In this document: positions 17,479 through 26,846 of the stretch, piece after piece
Layout: each line of letters begins with the position of its first letter
How positions within the stretch are numbered: the first letter of the stretch is position 1
Assembly (NCBI GenBank): GCA_052034235.1
Contig: JBPOIT010000008.1
Coordinates: 532-64,531 of the forward strand
Length of the DNA stretch: 64,000 nt
Source of the DNA: Candidatus Levyibacteriota bacterium
GTDB taxonomy: Bacteria > Patescibacteriota > Microgenomatia > Levybacterales > UBA12049
Direction of reading: 5' to 3'
Notes under the pieces: model-generated
Seen by the model: the letters and a program-made list of their open reading frames with translations, nothing else
The model's database searches: none
What the model was told of the DNA's origin: nothing
Translations under genes and position numbers: made by a program

Positions 17479-19332
17479 ATGAAAAAGAATACTGCCAAAA
17501 AATATTCATCGCGAGGTCGCACAAACTCCAGTCTAAAACTCCTCCCCATTGTCATTTTAGGCGCATCGCTTATTACAGGAGCTCTCGTTTTGGGAAAACT
17601 GACAACCGGCAATCAATCAGTCTCTCGTTTAACAGCTGAAGCTGCAGGAAATCGCTGGGAATCAGGAGCTTCTTGTGAAGGAGTCGCTAGCGGCACTTTT
17701 GGAACTTGGAGAGGCTCGCCAATGACCATAGCTGGAACGTGGAATGATGCCAGTTTGGCTGTACAAAAAGAACAATGGAGTATGTCATCAGGCGGTGAAT
17801 ATAAAAATTGGACTGAGAGTGTTGATAATGCTGTTGGGGCATTCTGGGGAAGTAACTGGCAGGCAGCAGCAAGAGGGGACCATGATGCAAATTTGCGAAC
17901 AGCACTTCAAGTTATCAATAATGGCTGGGGAAATAAAAAAACAGTTTATCTACGCTATGCGCATGAATTTAACGGCGATTGGTATCAATGGAAAGTGACA
18001 CCAGCTGACAATGAGTATTTCAAACAAGCATCTATTCGCTTTTATAATCTTGTCCAAACTGAACTCGTTGCCAAGGGGCGAGATGCAAAAGTAGCTTGGG
18101 CTCCAAATAGCGGTGAACATAATGGCATTAATACCGAGCTTAATTGGCCAGGAGACCAATACATCGATGTCATTGCAGTTGATTATTATGATTGGGATGT
18201 TCTAAATACTCAAGCAAAATGGGATGCCAACTTTATGAAAAAAGGCAGCAATGGCGGACCATATGGAATTGGTGCATGGCAAGATTTTGCTAGACGACAC
18301 GGTAAACCGTTGGCATTTTCTGAATGGGGAACAAGTGGTGAAAAGCCAACTGAAAATCCATTCTTTATTCAAAAAATGAATGAATTTATGACTGCAAATG
18401 CTGGAAACGGACCTGGACAAGTCGTTTACGATGTCTACTTCAACTGCACCGGTTATGGCGGAAGTGGCGGAGAAAAATTCCAAATTTTCCCAAACACCGT
18501 ATTACCTCAAACAGCAGCAAAATATAAAAGTTTGAAATGGGGATCAGCAATCATAGCAAGTGCCACACCTACTCTTGCGGTTATAGACACACCAACAACG
18601 GGACCAACAACACTTCCGACTGTTACAAGTACTATTCCAACACCAACCAATACGCCTGTTCCAACGGTAACGGTAACACCAACTCCCACACCTGCAGCTG
18701 CAACACCAATTGTTTACCGTTCAGCAACTTCAGGAAATAATGGCTCATCATCAAGAACTATTACGCTTACAAAACCTTCAGGAGTCGTTACAGGAGATAT
18801 TATGATCGCTCAAATTGCAGTTTTGACAGCTTCAACAACCATTACTCCACCATCAGGTTGGAAGCTCATCCGAAGCAATCAGACATCAGGTAGCATGAAA
18901 ATGTCCACGTATTACAAATTTGCATCAACACTGGAACCAGCTTCATATAACTGGTCATTTAACGCAACAAGAGCTGCGACAGGTGGTATCAGCGCATTTG
19001 GAGGAGTACATGCAACAAACCCAATTCAAGCATCAAGTGGCAAATATAATGACTCCACAGCAACGGTAAGCTTTACACAAGTGAACGCAAGTGTTGCTAA
19101 CGGATTAGTATTAGCATTTGTAAGTGTCTCTGGAAATACGACAGTTACACCACCATTAGGATACAACGAATATTACGATAAAAATAATACTTCTTCTCCA
19201 TCAAACGGAAAAACTGTTGAAATATCAAGCCAAATCAAAACAAATACCGGATCAACAAATGTTCCGTCTACACGAGAAGATTCACTGACAAAATCAAATC
19301 TCACCCAAGTCGTTGTACTTAGACCTCGGTAA
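17479..19332 (+). CDS. GH26-like glycoside hydrolase paralog with Thr/Pro linker and extra C-terminal beta-rich domain
   Basis: About 50% identical to 9521..10966 over the catalytic region (YLRYAHEFNGDWYQW, WPGDQYIDVIAVDYYD, FSEWG). Signal anchor, PT-rich linker, then about 200 aa of unknown domain. Confidence 0.55.
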   Translation: MKKNTAKKYSSRGRTNSSLKLLPIVILGASLITGALVLGKLTTGNQSVSRLTAEAAGNRWESGASCEGVASGTFGTWRGSPMTIAGTWNDASLAVQKEQWSMSSGGEYKNWTESVDNAVGAFWGSNWQAAARGDHDANLRTALQVINNGWGNKKTVYLRYAHEFNGDWYQWKVTPADNEYFKQASIRFYNLVQTELVAKGRDAKVAWAPNSGEHNGINTELNWPGDQYIDVIAVDYYDWDVLNTQAKWDANFMKKGSNGGPYGIGAWQDFARRHGKPLAFSEWGTSGEKPTENPFFIQKMNEFMTANAGNGPGQVVYDVYFNCTGYGGSGGEKFQIFPNTVLPQTAAKYKSLKWGSAIIASATPTLAVIDTPTTGPTTLPTVTSTIPTPTNTPVPTVTVTPTPTPAAATPIVYRSATSGNNGSSSRTITLTKPSGVVTGDIMIAQIAVLTASTTITPPSGWKLIRSNQTSGSMKMSTYYKFASTLEPASYNWSFNATRAATGGISAFGGVHATNPIQASSGKYNDSTATVSFTQVNASVANGLVLAFVSVSGNTTVTPPLGYNEYYDKNNTSSPSNGKTVEISSQIKTNTGSTNVPSTREDSLTKSNLTQVVVLRPR

Positions 19333-19401
19333 TTTATTCTAAATCGTGCTCAAAATCAATTACCCACTAGCGGCAGAGCAAAAATAGTGTATAATATATC
19401 C

Positions 19402-19524
19402 ATGGCAAAACGACCTACAGGACTCAGTAATAAGAAGAAATCATCTCCTTACAAGACAAAGAAACGTCTTGAAACAAAACGTGCAATGCTCGCTGAAAGA
19501 GCAGCAAAAAAGAAGAAAAAATAA
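19402..19524 (+). CDS. possible small basic protein, 40 aa
   Basis: ATG ORF MAKRPTGLSNKKKSSPYKTKKRLETKRAMLAERAAKKKKK in an otherwise empty 245-bp gap. Very basic. Below the track cutoff. Confidence 0.25.
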   Translation: MAKRPTGLSNKKKSSPYKTKKRLETKRAMLAERAAKKKKK

Positions 19525-19578
19525 CTTCGTTCATTTCCTCAAATATAACCTTAAACTCATTCGTGTTAAAATGACATT

Positions 19579-19923
19579 ATGACTGATGAAGCTTTTCGGG
19601 AAGTTGTTTTAGAAACACTGAGCAAGCTACCGATTGAATTTAGAGAACAACTGAACACTGTTGAGGTAGTTGTTGAGCAAATTGGTTTTGATGACGAGGG
19701 CAAACCTGATAATAATTTGCTTGGACTTTTTCATGGTGTACCTCGAACTGAAAAAAATAATTTCCCGCAATTACCAGACAAGATTTCAATATATAAGGAA
19801 CCAATTTTGCGAATCTCTCAAGATGCAGATGAAGCAAAAAAACGCATACGACAAACAGTATTACATGAAGTCGGTCATTACTTCGGACTTTCTGATGATG
19901 AACTTGAAAAGTTTGAACGATAA
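19579..19923 (+). CDS. small zincin-like metallopeptidase (HExxH)
   Basis: 114 aa with HEVGHYFGL near the C-terminus. Resembles the small Zincin_1-type possible metallopeptidases. Confidence 0.5.
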   Translation: MTDEAFREVVLETLSKLPIEFREQLNTVEVVVEQIGFDDEGKPDNNLLGLFHGVPRTEKNNFPQLPDKISIYKEPILRISQDADEAKKRIRQTVLHEVGHYFGLSDDELEKFER

Positions 19924-19992
19924 AGAGTAATTCTTACGTTTTTGACATTACTATCTGATCCAATTCATACAATCATACTCTACTGTTAGCTT

Positions 19993-20436
19993 ATGGCAGT
20001 ACTTAAACAGGATGAACACATAGATTCAGCACAAAAAGGGATACTTGTCGTAGATGTATTAAAAAAACAATTAATCAGAGCTTTGTTTATTTACTTACTG
20101 GTTGCAAATGTGTTCATTTTTTTAAGAATGGTTTTACGACTTTTTGGAGCTGACCCTCAGAACTTATTTGCTAGTTTTATTTTTGTTATTAGTGGTTTTT
20201 TCTTGTTACCATTTTTTGGCATTTTCCCGAGGTTTCGTGAAGAAATTATTGCGGGAGAACCAACTGCAGATGTATCTGCGTTTATGGGACTGTTTTGTCT
20301 GAATATATTACTTTTTCTTTTAATGAGCGTTATATATATTACTGCGCGAATGGTTAAAACCCGCAAACAGGCAAGAGAAACTGTTGAGACAAGTAAACCA
20401 CTTAACGCAATAGAAGCTGAGGATGCTGTTGATTAA
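19993..20436 (+). CDS. YggT-like membrane protein
   Basis: 147 aa, multiple TM helices, repeated hydrophobic pattern reminiscent of YggT/Ycf19. Confidence 0.4.
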   Translation: MAVLKQDEHIDSAQKGILVVDVLKKQLIRALFIYLLVANVFIFLRMVLRLFGADPQNLFASFIFVISGFFLLPFFGIFPRFREEIIAGEPTADVSAFMGLFCLNILLFLLMSVIYITARMVKTRKQARETVETSKPLNAIEAEDAVD

Positions 20437-21083
20437 ATCCTAAAAGAATCTCCATTTCTTTTTAGCCAGGTTCTGTATTGACGATAAAGAGGATACATTT
20501 TACGAACAGTCTCCCAAAAGGCTGCTGAATGATTTAACTGTGTAAGGTGAGCTAGTTCGTGACAAATGACATAATCAATAACTTCAATTGGTGCCATAAC
20601 GAGTTTCCAGTTAAAATTTAGTGTTTTTTCGCTAGAACATGAACCCCAGCGTGTCTCAGCACTCGTAATGCTAATTGACTTGTATGTAGAACCTGAAAGT
20701 TTGGCGTATTGCTGCACTCGAGGAATTATTATTTTTCTTGCTTGTTGTTTGTACCAGCTTTCAAGATAGGTTTTAGCGAATTTTGGATTTGTGCTTCCGA
20801 CATAAAGTTTGTCTGATACTTCGACTAATTCTTTTTTTGTATTCCCCAAAACGAGTTTATACATTTTTCCGAGGTACCAATATTCATCTGGTTTGGTTGT
20901 GCTTATTCTTGCTGCCACCATTTGTTGTTTTTGCATTATCCACTCTTCCTTTTCCTTAAGAAATCTGTTGATGAGAAACTTTGGAATAAAATGAGGCGCA
21001 GTCACCGTAACACTAGCATCATGATTAATTTTAATACCAACCGTACTTCTGTTTCTTGATCTGACGATGGTGACATTTTCCAT
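20433..21083 (-). CDS. YgjP-like metal-dependent hydrolase (DUF45 / M48-like)
   Basis: ICHELAHL HExxH motif near the C-terminus of a 216-aa protein. Typical YgjP architecture. Confidence 0.6.
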   Translation of the reverse strand: MENVTIVRSRNRSTVGIKINHDASVTVTAPHFIPKFLINRFLKEKEEWIMQKQQMVAARISTTKPDEYWYLGKMYKLVLGNTKKELVEVSDKLYVGSTNPKFAKTYLESWYKQQARKIIIPRVQQYAKLSGSTYKSISITSAETRWGSCSSEKTLNFNWKLVMAPIEVIDYVICHELAHLTQLNHSAAFWETVRKMYPLYRQYRTWLKRNGDSFRI

Positions 21084-21168
21084 AGGGGAGTATTATTATA
21101 CCATGTGAGTAAAGATCACCTTGACTTCTTTTTATTTAGCATATAAACTATTTATTCCGTAAACTATT

Positions 21169-21588
21169 ATGCAAAACACACTTGATCAACTCATTAGTCA
21201 AACGATTCATATAGCCAAATATGTCAGCTCACAGGCAGATATGTCTTTTGAAGAAAGAACAGCGACCTTTTTACAATATCATGTACTTTCTTTTCTTGAA
21301 AAAAATCCCCAGGCAAAAGTAGGTGATATAGCAAAGCATCTACATGCATCGCTGTCTTCTGTAACACAGCTTATTGAACGTATGCATAAATTAGGACTTG
21401 TCATAAGATCAAATGATCAAATTGATAGACGTGTCATTCGGCATACATTAACAACTGAGGGATTGACGAAGTTAAACCAAATAAAAGAAAATAAACGTGC
21501 ACGAATGAAAAATTTAATTGAAAAATTAGATAAAGATGAAGTAAAAACCTTACTACAACTTCAAGAGAAATTACTAAAAGATATATAA
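21169..21588 (+). CDS. MarR family transcriptional regulator
   Basis: Winged-HTH pattern ([28 protein letters not shown]...DRRV). Translationally adjacent to the DHA2 transporter. Confidence 0.8.
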   Translation: MQNTLDQLISQTIHIAKYVSSQADMSFEERTATFLQYHVLSFLEKNPQAKVGDIAKHLHASLSSVTQLIERMHKLGLVIRSNDQIDRRVIRHTLTTEGLTKLNQIKENKRARMKNLIEKLDKDEVKTLLQLQEKLLKDI

Positions 21589-21590
21589 CC

Positions 21591-23276
21591 ATGAGTACAC
21601 TTGCCCATATTACAAAGAGACAAAAAATAGGTGTTATGTTTGGCGCCATGCTTGCCATGCTGTTAGCAGCACTTGATCAAACAATTGTCGCAACAGCCAT
21701 GCCCGAAATAGTAAGAGAGCTAAATGGTTTAGAACATCTTAGCTGGGTTTTCACTTCATACATGCTAGCATCCACAGTAATTGTCCCCATCTATGGGAAA
21801 TTATCTGATATTTATGGACGTAAACTGTTTATTCTCATAGCAATTGGCATTTTTCTCCTCGGATCAGTTTTGAGCGGATTTTCTCAGAATATGATGCAGC
21901 TTATTCTTTTTAGAGGTATCCAAGGAATCGGAGGAGGAGCTATTATGGCTAATGCCTTTGCCATTATCGGTGATCTGTTTCCCCCTGCAGAAAGAGGTAA
22001 ATGGCAAGGAATGTTTGGTGCTGTCTTTGGACTCTCTTCTGTTATTGGACCGTCACTTGGAGGTTGGCTGACAGATAGCGTATCGTGGCGATGGAACTTT
22101 TTTATAAATATTCCGTTAGGTATTATCGCGTTCATTGTTGTTGCCTACCTCATGCCTAAAATAAAACATGATGCATCAAACAGATCAATCGATTATCTCG
22201 GAGCAACGCTGCTTTCTTTAACGATTGTCACCTTATTACTTGGCCTTGTTTGGGGAGGCAATGAATTTGCCTGGAATTCATGGGAAATTCTATCACTTTT
22301 AACTGGCTCACTTGTTTTCCTTTTTTCTTTCATACTCACACAATCGAAAGTAAAAGAACCAATTCTACCGTTATCATTGTTTAAAAATAAAATATTTTCA
22401 GTATCAATGCTTATCATTTTTCTCACAGGCATTGGCATGTTTGGGACAATACTTTATATTCCTCTTTTTGCTCAACTCGTTTTGGGTGCAAACGCGACGA
22501 ACTCAGGTGCGATTATCACACCGTTGACACTCGGAATCGTCTTTGCGAGTATATTTGCTGGCCAATTCATCTCACGTACAGGAAAGTACAAACTACTCGC
22601 ACTTTTTGGTTTGGCAGTGACAACAATTGGATTATTCATGCTTTCACAAATGAATGTATCAACGACACAAACATATCTTCTTATCAGCATGATACTAACT
22701 GGGATTGGGATTGGAACGACAATGCCGCTTTTTAATCTCGCTGTTCAAAACGCATTTGACCATTCCAAACTTGGCGTTGCAACTGCTGCAATACAACTTT
22801 TCAGAAGCATAGGTGCAACAGTGGGCACAGCATTACTTGGTGGGGTACTCAACAGTAATATCACACTACATGCCCAAAGTCTCGTCAATACACCATTTGT
22901 CGAGATGATTTCAAAAATAAATCCTCAATTACATTTCAACGAAATAAACGCCAACAAAATGCAAAATCTTCTCACCGGAGATGGTAAAAAAATGATTGAA
23001 ACCTTACTCGCACGACTGCCTGAACCTATGCACACACAGGCCACTATGGCATTTGCAGACTTTACCGAAAAAACGAAAATCGTTTTTGCATCTGCGATTT
23101 CTGAAGTATTTATGATTGCTGCAATATTAGCTGCAATAAGTTTTCTTATTGCATTGTTCCTGAAAGAAATACCTCTTCGAAAAACCCACCACAATAGTCC
23201 ACTTGAAGAGGCTGGTATGGAACTGGCTGTTGAAGAAGGAAATAGTCCCTCCAAATCTGAGCCAAGACTGCTCTAA
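21591..23276 (+). CDS. MFS drug:H+ antiporter, DHA2 (EmrB/QacA) family
   Basis: 14 predicted TM helices and DHA2 motifs ([32 protein letters not shown]). Confidence 0.8.
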   Translation: MSTLAHITKRQKIGVMFGAMLAMLLAALDQTIVATAMPEIVRELNGLEHLSWVFTSYMLASTVIVPIYGKLSDIYGRKLFILIAIGIFLLGSVLSGFSQNMMQLILFRGIQGIGGGAIMANAFAIIGDLFPPAERGKWQGMFGAVFGLSSVIGPSLGGWLTDSVSWRWNFFINIPLGIIAFIVVAYLMPKIKHDASNRSIDYLGATLLSLTIVTLLLGLVWGGNEFAWNSWEILSLLTGSLVFLFSFILTQSKVKEPILPLSLFKNKIFSVSMLIIFLTGIGMFGTILYIPLFAQLVLGANATNSGAIITPLTLGIVFASIFAGQFISRTGKYKLLALFGLAVTTIGLFMLSQMNVSTTQTYLLISMILTGIGIGTTMPLFNLAVQNAFDHSKLGVATAAIQLFRSIGATVGTALLGGVLNSNITLHAQSLVNTPFVEMISKINPQLHFNEINANKMQNLLTGDGKKMIETLLARLPEPMHTQATMAFADFTEKTKIVFASAISEVFMIAAILAAISFLIALFLKEIPLRKTHHNSPLEEAGMELAVEEGNSPSKSEPRLL

Positions 23277-23319
23277 CTCCTTACTTGAAGTCACTAGGTA
23301 ATTGTGATATCAATAAAGC

Positions 23320-23823
23320 ATGATACTCAAATTCCTTTATTCAGTCTTCATAGGCGTACTTTTTGCAACACTTGTTGGAGTTGGAATTGCTGCTTTTTAT
23401 CCACAACCTGCATATCCTGATTATCCGGTCAAACTCTCATATCCTGAAGATCCCAAGGTGCAAACTGCAACGGAACGAAGTGAACAAATGAAACTGCAGG
23501 AGAAATTTGAGAGAGAATCAAAAGAGTATCAAACAAAAAATCAAATCTATAGTCGCAATGTGTCAATTGTTGCACTCATATTTGCAATTGCCGCTCTTGT
23601 CGTGAGTCTGACTCTCCTTAAGACACTGATGCTTATTGCTGACGGTTTACTCCTCGGAGGACTGCTCACACTGATTTATAGTATCATCAGAGGTTTTGAA
23701 ACACAGGATAATATGTTCAGATTTATTGTTGTCGCAATCGGATTTATCATTGCAGTAACTGTTGGCTATCTTAAATTTGCCAAACAAATAACTGTCCAAA
23801 CAACTCCCTCAAAAAAGAAATAA
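23320..23823 (+). CDS. membrane protein, paralog A of a duplicated family
   Basis: 167 aa with TM helices. Clear paralogy to 30458..30982 (VGVGIAAFY...IADGLLLGGLLTLIYSIIRGF..FRF). Confidence 0.5.
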   Translation: MILKFLYSVFIGVLFATLVGVGIAAFYPQPAYPDYPVKLSYPEDPKVQTATERSEQMKLQEKFERESKEYQTKNQIYSRNVSIVALIFAIAALVVSLTLLKTLMLIADGLLLGGLLTLIYSIIRGFETQDNMFRFIVVAIGFIIAVTVGYLKFAKQITVQTTPSKKK

Positions 23824-25166
23824 TGAATCTCAAACGTGTTAGACAGCTGAATAATCAGCCGCAAAAAAAAGGATCACTAATCTACTGGATGCAGCGTGAA
23901 CATCGTGTTTCTGATAATTGGGCACTTTTATACGCTCAACAGCTTGCCAAAGAAAAAAACACTGACTTAGCAGTTATCTTTTGTTTAAGAACCCATGCTG
24001 TAGACTTCACGGAGCGGCTCATTACCTTTATGCTTGCGGGGCTGAAAGAAGTTGAAGAAAAACTCAAAGAATATAACATCCCATTTTATTTTTTAATTGG
24101 TGATCCGCCTGATGAAATACCTGCTTTCTTAGCGAAGCATTCTGTAGGAGCGCTAATCACTGAATTCCATTCTCTCACTATGGAACGGGGATGGCGGGAA
24201 TCAATTGCAGATAGCATCGATATTCCTTTGTATGAAGTTGATGCCAGAAATATCATTCCGTGCTGGATTGCCAGTCCAAAACAAGAATTTGGTGCGTATA
24301 CCCTTAGGCCAAAATATCATAGGCAATTACCTGAGTATCTCGATATATTCCCAAATATAGATCAACAGATAAATAAAAATCTCAAAAGAGAACCAATTGC
24401 TTGGGAATCTATTGATAAAAAAATTAGTAAAGATACATCAGTTAAAAAAGTTGCTTGGCTTAAACCAGGCGAAAAAGCAGCACGTCAACAACTGAGGGAT
24501 TTTATTTTTGATAAACTGCCGAAGTATCATGAGGATCGCAATGATCCAACAAACGATGGACAGTCTGGACTGTCGCCATATTTACACTTTGGCCATATTG
24601 CTTCGCAGCGGATTGTTCTCGAAATACAAAAACATAAAATACCCGTTGCAGCGGAAGAGGCATTTATTGAAGAAGTAACGGTCAGACGTGAACTAGCTGA
24701 TAATTTCTGTTTTTATAATAAAAACTATACAACAACAGCAGGTTTTCCAAACTGGGCAAAAGAAACACTTGCCGCACATCTTCTTGATAAACGCGAATAT
24801 ATTTATTCATTAAAAGAACTTGAGACATACAAAACGCATGATGATTTATGGAATGCTGCGATGCTTCAGGCCATAAAAACTGGTGTTATGCACGGTTGGG
24901 TGAGAATGTATTGGGCAAAAAAAATACTTGAATGGTCAAAGACACCAGATGATGCAATGAAACACGCGACTCTTCTCATGGATAAGTGGTTTCTTGATGG
25001 ACGGGAAGCAAATGGATTTACAGGTATCGCCTGGTCAATGGGGGGTGTTCATGATAGAGCGTGGTTTGATAGGCCAATTTTTGGCAAAGTGAGATATATG
25101 AATTATGCAGGTGCAAAGAGAAAGTTTGATGTTCAAGCGTATATTGAGAAGATTAACCTACTTTAA
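23823..25166 (+). CDS. phr: deoxyribodipyrimidine photolyase, class II
   Basis: Class II signatures: YWMQREHRVSDNWAL near the N-terminus and GWVRMYWAKKILEW in the FAD-binding domain. 447 aa. Confidence 0.8.
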   Translation: MNLKRVRQLNNQPQKKGSLIYWMQREHRVSDNWALLYAQQLAKEKNTDLAVIFCLRTHAVDFTERLITFMLAGLKEVEEKLKEYNIPFYFLIGDPPDEIPAFLAKHSVGALITEFHSLTMERGWRESIADSIDIPLYEVDARNIIPCWIASPKQEFGAYTLRPKYHRQLPEYLDIFPNIDQQINKNLKREPIAWESIDKKISKDTSVKKVAWLKPGEKAARQQLRDFIFDKLPKYHEDRNDPTNDGQSGLSPYLHFGHIASQRIVLEIQKHKIPVAAEEAFIEEVTVRRELADNFCFYNKNYTTTAGFPNWAKETLAAHLLDKREYIYSLKELETYKTHDDLWNAAMLQAIKTGVMHGWVRMYWAKKILEWSKTPDDAMKHATLLMDKWFLDGREANGFTGIAWSMGGVHDRAWFDRPIFGKVRYMNYAGAKRKFDVQAYIEKINLL

Positions 25167-25650
25167 AGAAGGTACCAACGAGTATACCGATAAACGTAGC
25201 AAGACCTCCTAAGAGGAGTATCTCTATTGCGCTACTCCATGGATTTACTTTGACCATCTTTGCTTTGACATAACCTAATATGAATAATCCTATGAGAGCC
25301 GCAACGATACTCATGTAATATGATTGCGGCAATTCAAGAAAAACAATAGGCAGCAGAGGTACCAAACCTCCCAAAAAATAAGAGATTGTCATGAGTCCTG
25401 CACCTACATAAAGATTATCCGTATGTTTCCCTGTTGTGTCCATTTGATGTACTGATTTTTCGCTTTGATACTGGCCAATTCCCATCGAAATCGCCTCAAC
25501 GGTAATAACGACAACACCCGTAAGAATTACAAGGTTTTTATCATGACTTCCAGCAGCCACACCAGCAATAGCGCCAGTTGTCGAAACAAGTGCGTCTTGG
25601 AAGCCAAAAACTATACTTCTGAAATAATCTTCGTGAATCTTAAACTTCAT
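25153..25650 (-). CDS. VIT1/CCC1 family membrane protein (short)
   Basis: N-terminal GFQDALVSTTGAIAGVAAG motif and TM helices. 165 aa, shorter than typical VIT proteins. Confidence 0.55.
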   Translation of the reverse strand: MKFKIHEDYFRSIVFGFQDALVSTTGAIAGVAAGSHDKNLVILTGVVVITVEAISMGIGQYQSEKSVHQMDTTGKHTDNLYVGAGLMTISYFLGGLVPLLPIVFLELPQSYYMSIVAALIGLFILGYVKAKMVKVNPWSSAIEILLLGGLATFIGILVGTFFKVG

Positions 25651-25651
25651 A

Positions 25652-26665
25652 TTATGAAAATTCGATGATGGATTTTATCCTGTTGGATTTATCTGTGAGG
25701 GATTCGTCAAAAGCCTTGACGGCATCCTCAAAACTATAACGGTGGGTAATGAGTTGATTAGTATCCAGTTTTTGTGATTTCATAAAAAGCATTGTTTGTT
25801 CGAATGAGAAAATGCATGTCCATGAACCCCGAACCTTTAATTCTTTTTTAACAATTTGCATCATGTTGATCATGACGTCATGTTCAAAAACACCGAGTAT
25901 TGTGACTCGTCCACCTGGTTTTGCAAGTTCAAGTGCAAGTTCTGCTGATGAATCACTCCCAACGACTTCAAAAACAATATCAGCACCTTCTGGCGCATCA
26001 TTGCGGAATTGCTCCTTGTATCTTTCTTCACCTATGTTGAAGGCTTTATAAACATAATTATGATCCTTTGCATAACCAAGACGATTGTCATGTTTATCAA
26101 AACCAAACACAATACCACCTGAGGCTTTGGCAACATAATCAACAAGCAAACCGACAGGACCCTGTCCCACGACTGCTACACGATCACCGACATCAACGTA
26201 TGTCTTTCTCACAGCATAAACTGCAATAGAAACAGGTTCGACGAGCACACCTTCATCATAACTGAGTTCATCAGGTAATTTGTAAACGAGTTCTGCCGGC
26301 AAAACGACATATTCTGCCAACGCTCCTGGTCTATGAATACCAATGACAGTTGGATTTTTGCAAAGATTTCTTTTACCTTGAATACAATACGTACATTTCT
26401 CACAACCGACGACATGTTCTGCAACGGCTCTATCTCCAACACTCACATTCGTTACTTGTTCGCCAACTTTTACTAAATCACCAACAAATTCATGCCCAAG
26501 GACAAGAGGCGTGGGAACACTCATACCTCCGTTATAGATATGAAGATCAGTTCCACAAATGCCAACTTTTTTAACTCGCATGAGTACTTCATTGGCTTTG
26601 ATTTCAGGTTCAGGAATTTCAACAAAACGGAGATCTTTTTTTCCAAAAAATTGTAGTGCTTTCAT
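25652..26665 (-). CDS. zinc-dependent medium-chain alcohol dehydrogenase (threonine/sorbitol dehydrogenase-like)
   Basis: GICGTDLHIY catalytic-Zn motif, structural-Zn Cys cluster (CEKCTYCIQGKRNLC), Rossmann GQGPVGLL. Confidence 0.8.
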   Translation of the reverse strand: MKALQFFGKKDLRFVEIPEPEIKANEVLMRVKKVGICGTDLHIYNGGMSVPTPLVLGHEFVGDLVKVGEQVTNVSVGDRAVAEHVVGCEKCTYCIQGKRNLCKNPTVIGIHRPGALAEYVVLPAELVYKLPDELSYDEGVLVEPVSIAVYAVRKTYVDVGDRVAVVGQGPVGLLVDYVAKASGGIVFGFDKHDNRLGYAKDHNYVYKAFNIGEERYKEQFRNDAPEGADIVFEVVGSDSSAELALELAKPGGRVTILGVFEHDVMINMMQIVKKELKVRGSWTCIFSFEQTMLFMKSQKLDTNQLITHRYSFEDAVKAFDESLTDKSNRIKSIIEFS

Positions 26666-26758
26666 AATTTACTCTTCAATACTATTGTAGCAATTTTCAA
26701 AACAAATGAAACTCCCCAAAATAGTAATATCTATTATGAAGATATTGCAGCAACAAAA

Positions 26759-26775
26759 CTGTGATTATCATCACA
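26759..26775. promoter_or_regulatory. perfect CRP/FNR-type palindrome TGTGA-N6-TCACA
   Basis: cTGTGATTATCATCACAg in the 181-bp divergent intergenic region between the ADH gene and the FAD-oxidase gene. Centred about 80 bp upstream of the 26847 ATG. Confidence 0.45.
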
Positions 26776-26846
26776 GCCCATAGCTTTTATGCTCATCTAT
26801 AGGTATTTATTTTAAAATATGTTACGCTAATAAATGAAGTATATTT

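Noticed and set aside
21100-21168. Inverted repeat GTGA-N7-TCAC and a TAAACTATT direct repeat upstream of marR as a possible MarR operator.
   Set aside because: Arms are only 4 bp, and the direct repeat sits in generic AT-rich promoter DNA. Insufficient to call a site.
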